64,000 nt of DNA, taken from assembly GCF_009914755.1 (NCBI RefSeq), contig NC_060943.1; one strand, written 5' to 3'. Shown piece after piece: positions 1 through 13,300 of the stretch. How positions within the stretch are numbered: position 1 is the first letter of the stretch; the number at the start of each line of letters is the position of its first letter. A model generated the notes under the pieces. The model had not been told where the DNA came from. It saw only the letters and a list, made by a program, of their open reading frames with translations, and did no database searches. A program made the translations under genes and the position numbers. Source of the stretch: the human T2T-CHM13v2.0 reference genome, Homo sapiens.

Positions 1-911
1 ATATTTATTAAATATTAGATATCTGTTTAAAAAACTACTAATTGTGCTTATAGTGTTATAATTAGATAGTGCTAGATAGCATATTCCATAACATCATGTT
101 ATCTCATATGTGGTTCCATAATTAAATTTGTTCAATTTTTTCATTTATAGTCCTCACAACTATCTTCTACCCTACCCTTTACCCTGACCCCAGTTTAAAG
201 TCTAATTATATGCATTGTGTTTACTCGTCACATTTCTGTCTTCTTTAATCTGGAAGGATTTCACAGCCTTTTTCTTTAATATATGTGGTATTTTTAAAGA
301 GTGTAGGCAAGTTATTTTGGAGAAAGACGTTCATTGGGATTTATCTGATATATCTCATGTTTAGGTTCAGATCATGCATTGTTATTGCTTCTGGGCCTTA
401 TGCATTGTTGGTGCGGATACTGCCAAAGTGATAAGGTTTCCTTCCTATTGTAACATAACAGGGCCAAACGATGTTGGTTTGGCCCTTCATTGGTGATCTC
501 AACTTCATTCATTTGGCCAAGATGATGTCTTTCAGATTTGTCCACTATCAAATTACCTTTTTAAAAGAAATAGTCAAGTTTCTTCTGGGGAGATACATTA
601 TTAATGGGCATTCACTCTAAAAATGAACTGCCAGTTCTCCCCCATTTATTTATTAGTTTCTTCAACTATAAATATTCTATCAGTATGGACTCAGTCTTGT
701 TAAGTTAAATGACATGTAAACTAACAATTATTTTTCCCAATTCTATTGAGGTATTTTTTACGTATCATAGCATTCACCAATTTCAGGTGTACAATTCAGT
801 GATCTTCAGGAATTTCACATAGTGGTTTTGCCATCATCATGATTCAGTTTAGACCATTTTCATCCCCTAACTGGACTTCTTGTGCCCACTTACAGTTAAA
901 ACTCATTTTCA

Positions 912-1040
912 GGCCGGGCGCAGTGGCTCATGCCTGTAATCTCAGCACTTTGGGAGGCCAAGGTGGGAGGTATAGCTTGAGCTCAGGAGTTTGAGACCAG
1001 CTTGGACAACATAGCAAGACCCCATCTCTTAAAAAATAAA
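912..1040 (+). mobile_element. Alu monomer (FLAM-like)
   Basis: Single Alu arm with A tail and aaaactcatt(t/c)tca TSD; absent at the paralogous site near 19535. Confidence 0.85.
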
Positions 1041-1451
1041 AACTCATTCTCACCTCAAATCTGGAGCAACCACTAACTTATATTCTCTCTATATACCATT
1101 ATCTATTCTGGATGGTTCATATAAATGGGATCGTATAATCCATGGGTTTTGTGATTGGCTTCTTTCATTTAGCATGATGTTTCCAAGCTTTGGAAACATC
1201 CTTTAAATTTCCAAATAAGATTCCATGGTATGGATACACCACCATTTGCCTATCCATTTACCCAGAGGAAGGCATCTTGGTTGTGTGCAGTTTGGGTTTA
1301 TTATGAATAATGCTGCTGTGATCATTCATGGGCTAATTCACAACACACATCTCTCTTTTTCTGCAGACTGTGGCACGTTTCAGGCAGGATTCCTCCTTCA
1401 TTCAAACTGCATCACCCAGGAGTCTGCAAATTCCCCAAAGTAGGAGGAAAA

Positions 1452-1466
1452 ATGACCACATTCAAG
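1452..1466 (+). CDS. ZNF155: ZNF155 first coding exon segment (MTTFK)
   Basis: ATG ACC ACA TTC AAG followed by GTGAGG donor, phase 0; upstream acceptors at 1366 and 1383; same exon at 19995-20009. Confidence 0.9.
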
Positions 1467-4455
1467 GTGAGGGGGGCGTGCCTCTCTCGCTGTTAAAATT
1501 CCATGTCACTACTCATATTTTCATGTGTTTTTCTCTGTCATGAGAAGACTCAAGGGGAAAACAGGCATTTGGGGACCTGTTTGTGCCAGGTGCTTCCTTT
1601 ATCTCTTTTGTGTTGACTGCATTTGGTTTTTGGTTTTGCTTTGTTTTGTTTTGTTACCATTATTTATTTTATGGAGTATGAAAATTAGTAGAAATGAACA
1701 GTGCTCCCACTTCCTTACCTCCCCTCTCTCAAATTATCTGTTTTTATCTTCTCTGCTGTTCGTCATGTACATTTGTAACTGTATTTGTATTGATGATATA
1801 CATCTAATTGTAAACTGTGCTCTTTTTATATGTTATATAATCTTCCATTTTTATGGTTACATCATATTCCTATTACATTGATGTATCTTTTTATTTATAA
1901 CTACCTCACGCTCATAGACATATTTTAAGCAACACTGCAGTGACAGCTTTCCTATACATAACCTTTTCCCACAAAATTAATTTTGAAAACCATATGCCAT
2001 TTTAGCTCAATTTTGAAAGGGTACTTTTGATATGTACCACATTGGCTGTTTTGCAGATAGAATATTTTAACTAGGCACAGAACAAAAGGATGTAACTGCT
2101 GCACCACACAAATATTGTTGGAGTTTTCACACTGGAAGAGCTAGATTCTGTGTTCTCCTTGTCTCAGTCATACTTTGCATGTGCTTTATTTACTGGTCTC
2201 TTCTTATTCATTTATGTAGTAAGCAGTTTAACCAAAGCAGTAGAAAGCCTTCATTTAAAATGTCCAGTGATACTAAGTTTTGCCAATCACTTGTGTTCTG
2301 TTACTACATTTACTCCTCAGCGCAGCGGAATGAGGTTCCTGGTCTCTTCTTCTTCTTGAACAGGTGAAATATGAGAAACCTTCTCAGGTGTACACAGGCA
2401 ACCAAAGGTCAGGAGTGTTAGCCATTCGGCTCAGGTGAAAAAGAGAAACAAGGAGAGAGACAGAATTCTCCATTGAGCAACCTGTGCCCTGTGATGTGGA
2501 TGTCTGGAGTGCCCTGTGGAGTGATGGTGTCCCTAGTGGTGCTGCTCCTCCCTGTCCCTACTTGGTGTGACTTCTTGTCACATGTCACTATGACATGGCA
2601 TCTACTCCAGGCACTGAAGTATACTGATTACCATAGTTGTTATAGAAAATCTTTAAATCCCTTTTGGCAAAAGATGCCTCACACAATGTTACCAGAAGAA
2701 ATAATGACCTGGGGCAGAAATGTTAGCCACGTGGATACCTAAAGAAAATAAAATTCAAAATCAAAACCTTGAGCACAGAATAAAGGAAAAACTCCAAACA
2801 GATAGGAACAAAGGACACTAAAAGGCCAATGTAAAAGGAGAAGTAGAGATGGCCAATAACCTTGAAAAGTGATGGTTTTCATTTGTAATCAAATAAGTGA
2901 GAATAATAGAATGATTTGTTCCCCAAATCAGATTACCAAGACTGTGGGAATACTTATAACCTGCTCTTGGTCATGATAAAGAGAAGCAAAGTACTTGTAT
3001 TCTGTTCAAAGATTATGGAGGTAGGTAAAAAACTGGGAAGAAAGCATGCAGTTATATGATCACAGTTCTAAATGTGCTTATTTTTTGATGTTTTAATTTT
3101 CATTTGAAATTATTATTTTAAACAATGAGAGAGTAAGATGTTCTTACATCTTGCTACATCATTACTTAATGATGCTCTTTACAGGATTGATAATGGAAAA
3201 TATGTAAAATTAAATATTCTTTACTGTAGCTAAAAGTAGGTCATCAGATCTCTGGAATACTATGCAGCCATGAAATAGATAATGCTAGTAACAACAGTAA
3301 AAAAGATTCCAGCTAATGTTCATTAAACAGTGGCACAGATGTTTCCAAATGCTATGTATTTCCTTGTTTAATCCTTTAAAATACTGTGCCAAATAAGGAC
3401 TATTATTTAGAGAGGAAAGTAAATCCTGTAGGCAAACATGTCTAAGGCCACACAGTTAGGAAGGGGCAGACCCTTAGGATGTACAGTGATGCATTCTGGC
3501 TTCTGATCAGGACACTGAAGGCTGCAATTAACATTTGTGGTTTGTACCTTGAGAGTAGAGGACACACTACATAACTGTCCCACTCAGCTGTCCACACTGG
3601 TACTGTGGAGTAGGTTCACTGTGCACTGATTACCAACTTGTGTGAGTCCTGTGAGACAGAACACGATCTCACTCAACAGATTACGTGAAGCAGATTTGTT
3701 ATCTACAAATTGGCAGCAAGGGAGCACAGGAGTGTAGGATACACTGTGAGGTGGCCATCCAAGGCTGAAGAAAACGTCCTGGGGTGGGTAGAATCTTGAC
3801 CCCATTTCCACCAGAGCAGAGGTACCCCAGAAGGCAGCCCACCCGAGGTTATATACCTCCGGGGCAATACGACTTACTGGGCACTTTCTCCCTAACTCAA
3901 GACATTATCTTCCCTAGGAAGGACAGGAACATTGCATTGCTAGCATGTTCTATGTTTATTCTTCAAAACTATACACAAGAAAGAATGATTCAAGGCCACC
4001 CTGAAAATTACCCACAGTTACCTAAAACTTGTTAGTTTAGCAAATACTAAAGAAAAGCAATAGCATCCAGGGTTTGAGTACGAGAGAGGAGGACCCAACA
4101 AAGTTGGGACTGAATTGTTTAATGTTGCTGGGGCAGTTGGCAAGATGTGTCGAACCTATATATGGGTAGCTCAGGATGCAGCATGTAGAGTCCTAGAGGG
4201 TTACATACAAGTAGACTCAATGAGTGCACAGAATAAATGTATGAGACTTCATCATTGCACTTCTGGTGGAGTTCAGGAAAATCAGTATGTGTCATTGTCA
4301 GGATATAGACAGAATGAGTGGGAAATCTCTAAGTTGACCTACATCCCTCAATACTGAGAACAACTTTCCACTCATCCCCTTCCCCTGCTCAATGCCGCTT
4401 CTCCCCCAGTAGTCCTTGGTCATAAGATTGAAGTTATGTCTTCTTGATGTTGTAG

Positions 4456-4677
<222 letters not shown>

Positions 4678-4749
4678 TAGCCAGTAAATTTTGCCTAAAT
4701 ATTACCCAGAATGTGTTGGGATTCAGCACGTGACCTTACCTATTCACAG

Positions 4750-4842
4750 GGCATCAACCGTTCCACCAAGATACTTGCCACTTCCTAAGGGAAGAAAAGT
4801 TTTGGATGATGGGGACAGCAACCCAAAGAGAAGGGAATTCAG
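4750..4842 (+). CDS. ZNF155: ZNF155 KRAB-B-position exon ([31 protein letters not shown])
   Basis: 93-nt exon, cacag acceptor and gtaaga donor, frame preserved, conserved in both paralogs. Confidence 0.9.
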
Positions 4843-5239
4843 GTAAGAACTAAGCATCTGTGTGTCCTTGTACCTGACTCTCCCACCTGTTGTGCTTCTG
4901 TCCATGCCCATTTGCATTGCTCTGATGTAAATGACCACATCTCCTTCCTGGATTATTACAACTGCCTTCCAGTTGGTGGCCCTGTTCCCACCCTAATATC
5001 TGTTCTCATGGCAGCCAAAGCGATCCTTAGGAAATGGAAGTCAGATTGTCATTCCTCTCCTCAAAAGCTTTTATAACTTCTTATTTTTATTGATGTTACA
5101 ACCTCTTTAAGTGCATCTTAGAGACCTATGTGGTCTGCTCTTCATCCCATTCTGCCTCTCTGACTACGTGTGTCCTTTCCATCTTTCTCCATCATTTCCA
5201 GCCACATTTCTTCCCTGCTGTTTCTGTCCTGCCAAGGAC

Positions 5240-5680
5240 ACTGTATTGCCTGTTGTGGTAACCAATGACCACAAACTTAGTGGACTAAACAAAAATATTT
5301 ATTATCTCTCTGTTCTTTAGGCCTGAAGTTTGATACATTTCACTGGGCAAAAATCAAAGCGTCCCTAGGGCTTTGTTTCTGCCTGAATGTTCTTGGAGGG
5401 AAAACTTCACTTTGGTTTACCAGTGTCTAGGCACTGTCCACACTCCCTGGCTCTTGTTTCACGTCTCCATCTTCGAAGGCAGCTACTTTGCATCTCTGAC
5501 CATTCTTCCATAATCCCATTCCCTCTGCCACTCTTCCTAAGCCTCTGCCTTCTACCTTTCAGGTCCCTTGTGATTGCATTGGTCACTCCTGCATAAACCA
5601 GGATGATCTTCCTACCTTCTGCTTAGGTGACTAGTGACCGTTATGGCGTCTGCCGTTTTAATCCCCCTTGCTGTGTAACA
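5240..5680 (-). mobile_element. Old MaLR (MLT1-like) LTR fragment; paralog 40790-41300
   Basis: Resembles MLT1 motifs (accacaaacttagtggactaaac..., aaatcaaag.g). Confidence 0.5.
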
Positions 5681-6332
5681 TAATAGGAAGGCTGACTGTA
5701 TATTGCAGAACAGTTTTTTTGGCCTGCTGATGGCTGCTTATCCAATTCTGACTTTCTTAGGTTCCTTGACATGATTGGTTTCAGGTGTGTACAATTGACC
5801 CACGTCCCGTGGAAACTTCTAAGCATTGTTTTTATGACCACACTGAGTAAGATGCCTTCCCTGAGACTTATCCTGGAGCTTTCCATAGGGAGCATATTTA
5901 TATCTGGGAAGAAATTCTTTTTGAATGAGGATTTCCAGCTACATTTCCTTTGAAAGATTTACCCATCTGCAGCCCATTTGCCTTTTCCAAAGTCTATATA
6001 CACTTCACTGGCCCCAGCTTCCTCCTTCGTACTAGAAGGGGGAAGAATGAGGATGAGGGGACACAAGTCATGTAGCTGAACATTTACTCTATTTCTGGTC
6101 CTCTTTCTTCATAAATGTGTCTATTTCTGCATCTTTATGTCATACAAGTTTTGTTTTCAAAAACATTAAAGGATATAGATTTTACACAATTTTTTCTTGA
6201 TTTTTATAGATTTAGTGCTGTATTTTGAACTGGTGAACTTTATGACCTGTTAGGAATTGGGAAACTGCCCTCTAAAACTAGAAACATCCTGAAGATTCTC
6301 CTTTCTCCTTAAAGATTTCTTATTAATTTAAT

Positions 6333-6640
<308 letters not shown>

Positions 6641-8010
6641 TGACAGTGTATTAAATATATCTACGTACCACTGTATACCAATAGGTACACACTTACCTAT
6701 AAATCCTTTCCAAGATTCAACCTCTGCAACTTAACTTTCCATTGGAAGAATTTACTTAATTCAGGACTTGGTATTATCCTGACAAAGTTTTGAATGTTTT
6801 GCAAGCATGAGCCATAGTAAGAAGCACATATTTCAATATAACCCGGACAAACATTTTTCATGCCTGTAGATGTGTATGAGTGACTCTAGGAGGCATTTCA
6901 TGGAATGACCACTTTCCTGCTTGTCATGATGCTGTGATAATTTACATTCCAGTTCTTTTTTGTAAATGTTTATTGCAGAGTTTAACTGTATTTCATAGCT
7001 CACTAATGTGTAGTCTTCAATATAAAAAGTTATAAAGTCCTATTTATCTGCATCATAGGCTTTCTTTTCATTTCATGTGATTCTTCACATTTTTGATTGT
7101 CTGCTCAGGAGCATCCCCCTTTGTGGACCCCTGGAAGGACAGCCTTTCAGATTCCCCTCAAAACTGTAGTTGTGTGTCTCTGTACTCCTTCAGATAACCA
7201 AGTTACTGTCCACATCAATACAGAAAAGTAAGATGAAGTATTTTACATATGCTGTGCAAAATTCTTGTGCAGGGATACTTTGAATGTGTACATAGAAACA
7301 CTATGAAGTGTTTGATGTTTAATGTTGTGCAGAGTTCAACCAACTGCAAAATTTACTGAGACATTTTACAGAGAACTGCTCTCACTTCACACCAAGTGCA
7401 AATTCAGGAGGTTTTCAAAACTGCCTTTGCATTCAATAATTTTCTAAACTCTCAGAACTCACTGAATACTTTTATTCTCACTGACTGATTTTTACAGGGA
7501 AAACATGTATATTATACTTAGAGAAAAACCAAATAAAACAGGGTCCAGATGAGAATAACCAAATGCGGACCTTCTATTGTATTCTCCTGGCAGAGTAGGA
7601 TGTGTTACATTCCCAGGATTAAGGTATGACTTAGACTCAAAGTACTGTCAGTCACAGAAACTCACCTAAGTGCTGGGATCCAGAGTAATTATTGGGTCTC
7701 CATTATGGAGCCAGTATTGATTGATGATTCCTAGGTGGTTAATCAGTCTCCTAGTCCACTAACTCTCTGTGACCTAAAGCTCCACCTTAAATCACATTGC
7801 TTATTTCTGACATGGAGAGGAGCATCTCCCACTCCCAATCCCCCAAAGGATTTGCCAGTTGCAACCATAAATTATATTGTTTCACTATGCAGAGTGATCC
7901 AGTGATTGCCTTCAAGCCAACCAAGACACTCTCCTGAGGTATGACACTTCAGGATCCTAGAGATTACCTCTCAGATGCTGAGGACAAAGTCCCAACCTCT
8001 TTTTGGTTAG

Positions 8011-8578
<568 letters not shown>

Positions 8579-8999
8579 TAGTTTAACTTCTTTATAAGGA
8601 TATACAGCATAAACACAAATATACAAAGTGTTGATTAAGTTATTGCTTTTCCTTAAAGTTCCTTTTGATTCATATTTCATTATGTACATAAATTTTTATT
8701 TTCATAATTTATCATGCAAGATTTTGGACTGACTAGGAAATTCATTACAAATAGTAACAAGTTAAATGTATATCATATTTTTAAATTAAGTCTATTATTT
8801 CTATCAAGGATTTCACATGTGAGACATGATGTGGTTCTGAATTGGCCTCATGCAAACCAGAAATCAGGGTGTACTTGGAAAACAAACTGAACATTCTCTG
8901 TATTCATTAAAGTTTAATGTCATGTCCTAAGTGTGAAACCTTGAGATCACTGAATAAAGGCTTCACCTGTACACATCTCTTAAATCTGTGTCTTTATAG

Positions 9000-10381
9000 G
9001 AGGCAAGATCCAAACTGAGTTGGAGTCTGTTCCAGAAGCAGGAGCACATGAAGAGTGGTCCTGCCAGCAAATCTGGGAACAAATTGCAAAAGACTTAACC
9101 AGGTCTCAGGACTCTATCATAAATAACTCTCAGTTCTTTGAAAATGGTGATGTCCCCTCCCAGGTTGAAGCAGGACTACCCACAATTCATACAGGACAGA
9201 AACCTTCCCAGGGTGGGAAGTGTAAACAGTCCTTCAGTGATGTTCCCATCTTTGATCTTCCTCAGCAGTTATACTCAGAAGAGAAGTCTTATACATGTGA
9301 TGAGTGTGGAAAAAGCATCTGTTACATCTCAGCTCTTCATGTTCATCAGAGAGTCCACGTGGGAGAGAAACTCTTTATGTGTGATGTGTGTGGCAAGGAA
9401 TTTAGTCAAAGCTCACATCTGCAAACTCATCAGAGAGTCCACACTGGAGAGAAACCATTCAAATGTGAGCAATGTGGGAAAGGTTTCAGTCGTAGATCAG
9501 CACTTAATGTTCATCATAAATTACACACAGGAGAGAAACCTTACATTTGTGAGGCATGTGGGAAGGCCTTCATTCATGATTCCCAGCTTAAGGAACATAA
9601 GAGAATCCATACTGGGGAGAAACCATTCAAATGTGATATATGTGGTAAGACCTTCTATTTTAGGTCAAGACTTAAGAGCCATTCCATGGTTCACACAGGA
9701 GAAAAACCATTTAGGTGTGATACATGTGATAAGAGCTTTCATCAGAGATCAGCACTTAATAGGCATTGCATGGTCCACACAGGAGAGAAACCGTACAGAT
9801 GTGAGCAGTGTGGAAAAGGCTTTATTGGTAGGCTAGATTTTTATAAGCATCAGGTGGTCCACACAGGAGAGAAACCATATAATTGTAAAGAATGTGGGAA
9901 GAGCTTCAGATGGTCCTCATGCCTTTTGAACCATCAGCGAGTCCACAGTGGAGAAAAAAGCTTCAAATGTGAAGAATGTGGGAAGGGATTTTATACAAAT
10001 TCACAACTGTCTTCCCATCAGAGATCCCACAGTGGTGAAAAGCCATATAAATGTGAGGAGTGTGGGAAGGGCTATGTTACTAAGTTTAATCTTGACTTGC
10101 ACCAGAGGGTCCACACGGGAGAGAGACCTTATAATTGTAAGGAATGTGGGAAGAACTTTAGCCGGGCCTCAAGTATTTTGAATCATAAGAGACTCCACTG
10201 CCAGAAAAAACCATTCAAATGTGAGGACTGTGGAAAGAGGCTTGTACACAGGACATACCGTAAAGACCAGCCGAGAGACTATAGTGGGGAAAACCCATCC
10301 AAATGTGAGGATTGTGGGAGACGCTACAAGAGGCGCTTGAATCTGGATATACTTTTATCATTATTTCTAAATGACACATAA
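9000..10381 (+). CDS. ZNF155: ZNF155 zinc-finger exon: linker, 11 C2H2 fingers, 2 degenerate units; spliced protein 538 aa
   Basis: ORF 9020..10381 with TGEKP-type linkers; tttatag acceptor at 8999; 15+127+93+1382=1617 nt; protein recognised from memory. Confidence 0.93.
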
Positions 10382-11834
10382 CTGTTCATATTTATGGGGT
10401 ACAACGTGCTATTTTAATGTGTGCATACAATTTATAGTGATCCAATCAGTGTAATTGGTGTATCTGTTACCTCAAACATTTACCATTTCTTTGTGTTGGA
10501 AAATTCAAAATCCATTTGAGAGGAGTTGGTAGACAGCAAGGGAAGGGTCCCTGGAGACCCCCAGCCAAAGGGGTCAGTGTCTCATCCCCACATAACACAA
10601 AAAGCAGCCTGGGGAAGACAATCAAGCTACAGGCACTGATAAGGGAACTAGCACAGGGGATTGTGCCTGGAGACATGCCCATGCCTGCACAGATAGAAGA
10701 ACCTCCAGCCCATTCAGGTAAAAACTCGCACAAACCTCCGGCTCACTCAGTTAAGGGAACAAGACCAGACACAGAAATGCCTTTGTCCTTTGTATAATCA
10801 GCAGGCTCCGAGGAAAAAGTTTCTTCTTTTGTGGGCATGAACACAGTGGGCTTCAGTAGGTTCAGGTTGGCACTTTCTTTTGTGGAAAAGGAAAAGCCCA
10901 GCCTCTGTAAATCATCACTTCAGCTCCTGATTGGTCCCAGGCCAAGCTGAATAGCCCTTAGGAATAATCACTTCAACTCCTGATTGGTCCCGGGCCAAGC
11001 TGAATAGCCCTTATGAATCATCACTTCGGTTCCTGATTGGTCCCGGGCCAAGGTCCCAGACCAAGCTGAATCACGCTTTCTCCAAGACAGCCCGCAGGCT
11101 AAGTGCATTCCTTCCCCTTCCCAGTCCATAAAAACCCCGGACCCCAGCCTCATACTGGGCAACTTATTTGGATCCCCATCTCCACTGTGGAGAGCTTTTT
11201 TCTTTCACTTATTAAACTTTTACTCCAATTTCACCCTTGTGTCTGTGCTTCTTAATCATATTGGACGTGAGATTAAGAACTCCGGGGGATACATCACAAG
11301 AGAGACTGTTACAGTGTGGTGCATTTGTGAGACTACAACACATTTTTAGCAATTTGTAAATAATTGTTGATGATAGTCACCTTTAGTGCTGCAGAACAGT
11401 AGAACTTATTCTTCCCCTCTACCTCTTTTGTATCTGTTGGCCAACCTTTGGCCATCTCACCTACCTCCTACACTTCCCTGCCTGTCTACATCCACTGTTC
11501 TACTCTCTACTACAAAATCAACTTTTTTTAACTTCCATATGAGTGAGGACAGTCAGTATTTCTCTTTCTTTGCTTGGCTTATATTAACAATGTCCTTGAA
11601 AACTCATCCATGTTGCCACAAATGATAAAATTTTGTTTCCTTGTTATGTCTAAAGAGGATTCCATTGTGTATATATGCCACCTTTTCTTCATTCATGTAT
11701 TGATAGACACTTAGGTGGATTCCTTATCTTGACTATTGTGAGTAGTGCTACAATGAACCTGGGAGTGCAGATATCTCCGCGACATACTAATTTCCTTTCC
11801 TTTGGATATACCCAGTAATAGAATTGCTGGATCA
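10351..11834 (-). mobile_element. L1M(A)-type 3' fragment, interrupted by an LTR; copies at 24349-25027 and 45904-46110
   Basis: Antisense L1 3' UTR signature (ttaaatgacacata...catatttatggggtacaa...; ...gaattgctggatca). Confidence 0.75.
10517..11340 (+). mobile_element. ERV1-class solo LTR (MER61-like) in the ZNF155 3' UTR
   Basis: TG...CA ends, 4-bp CATT TSD, empty site near 24505, CATAAAA box near 11127 and ATTAAA 11211-11216. Confidence 0.8.
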
Positions 11835-12120
11835 CTTGAATTTTATTATGCTTCAGAAGCTCCACACGGGAGAGAAACTACGGAAGTATGAGGAGGGTGG
11901 TATGTGCTTCATTCAGGCCTCAAGTCTTCAACTTCAGAATGTCCACATTGGAGAGAAGCCTCAGTAATGTGTGTAATAAAGTCTTTACTCAGTTTTCATG
12001 ACTACAGTCTCACCTAAGCATTCACAAAGGGGAGAAACATTAAAATATGAGGCACATAGAAAGCAGTTCCTTTTGAGTTTGTATCTTGTAATTTATCACA
12101 GAATCCATGCTGATGATACA
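11835..12120 (+). pseudogene. Orphaned, decayed C2H2 finger units downstream of ZNF155
   Basis: Translates [43 protein letters not shown] then KVFTQFS*LQSHLSIHKGEK. Confidence 0.8.
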
Positions 12121-12862
12121 TTTCATTCAGTCCTGTAGGAGAAAAAACATTTAAGTTAAAGCCTGTTTCAGCCATAGCTCAGCATACCCCAGTGGTCCTG
12201 GGACTGTCACAGTGGAGAACCCTTGTAAGTTGTGCAGTAGGGCTTCAAACAAAAGTTTGACAGTTACAGTTATTCAGGAGACAGACCTTAGAGTTCATTC
12301 ATGCATTTACAAAACAAATCATGAACATATCAAAGTTGATTACCACTAGAATGCCAGTGACATGTGTTTTCTGCTGCATCTTCACAACTTTAACACTGAT
12401 TATCACTTTGTGTTCACTATGTGTTAAATGAATTAAAAGGAGCAAACGCGATGTTTTTAAATTGTATCTAAGAGAGGAAATCTACAAATAATTCAGGGAC
12501 ACCTGAGTTGAAATGCAGAGTACACTAAATACTGCAGTTCACAGCATTATTTTGATAATATCTGTTCACACTTGGTTCCTGTCTTCCCCTCCTCCTCTAT
12601 TCCGAAGTTGCATTCTTAGTATTTGTGGCTTTGTGTAGTGTTCCATTGGTTGAATACAATATAAATTCAACAATAATTTGTAATTTTTCTCACACTACAG
12701 GCTGAAAACGTTGTAATAAATTCAATAAAACATCTTAATAAATTCAAAAGTTTAATACCATAAAAGTCTTTTCCAATTATAATCTAGATCACAAAAGCTG
12801 AAATTCAATCACATCATGAAAAGTGGAAAATTCACAAGTATGTGGAAACTAAACACACTCTT

Positions 12863-12981
12863 TATATATATATGTGTATATATATATGTATGTATATATA
12901 TGTATATGTATGTGTATATATATGTATGTATATATGTATGTATATATATGTGTGTGTGTGTATGTGTATATATATATATAC

Positions 12982-13015
<34 letters not shown>
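12863..13015. repeat. (TA)n/(TATG)n/(TG)n microsatellite
   Basis: Direct inspection. Confidence 0.97.
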
Positions 13016-13016
<1 letters not shown>

Positions 13017-13300
13017 CACCCTGTGTCCAAGTGTTCTCATTGTTCAATTCCCACCTATGAGTGAGAACATGTGGTGTTTGGTTTTCTGTCCTTGTGATAG
13101 TTTGCTCAGAATGATGGTTTCCAGCTTCATCCATGTCCATACAAAGGACATGAACCCATCTTTTTTAATGGCTGCATAGTATTCCATGGTGTATATGTGC
13201 CACATTTTCTTAATCCAGTCTATCATTGGTGGACATTTGGGTTGGTTCCAAGTCTTTGCTATTGTGAATAGTGCCGCAATAAACATACGTGTGCATGCAG
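13016..13300 (-). mobile_element. Young L1PA 3' fragment (ORF2 C-terminus and 3' UTR)
   Basis: ORF 13044..13286 MFIAALFTIAKTWNQPKCP...IGGN is the L1 ORF2 end; cacactctt TSD at 12854 and 13301. Confidence 0.92.

Noticed and set aside
9138-9836. 232-aa alternative-frame ORF overlapping the ZNF155 fingers
   Set aside because: Shifted-frame openness is a common by-product of C2H2 repeat codon usage; the same frame is broken into short pieces in ZNF230 and ZNF222
10910-11060. Three ~50-bp direct repeats resembling a CRISPR-like array
   Set aside because: No unique spacers; internal tandem duplication of an LTR U3 region in a primate genome
12809-13179. Several YIYI/ICVC-rich ORFs on both strands
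   Set aside because: Translations of the TA/TG microsatellite and adjacent L1
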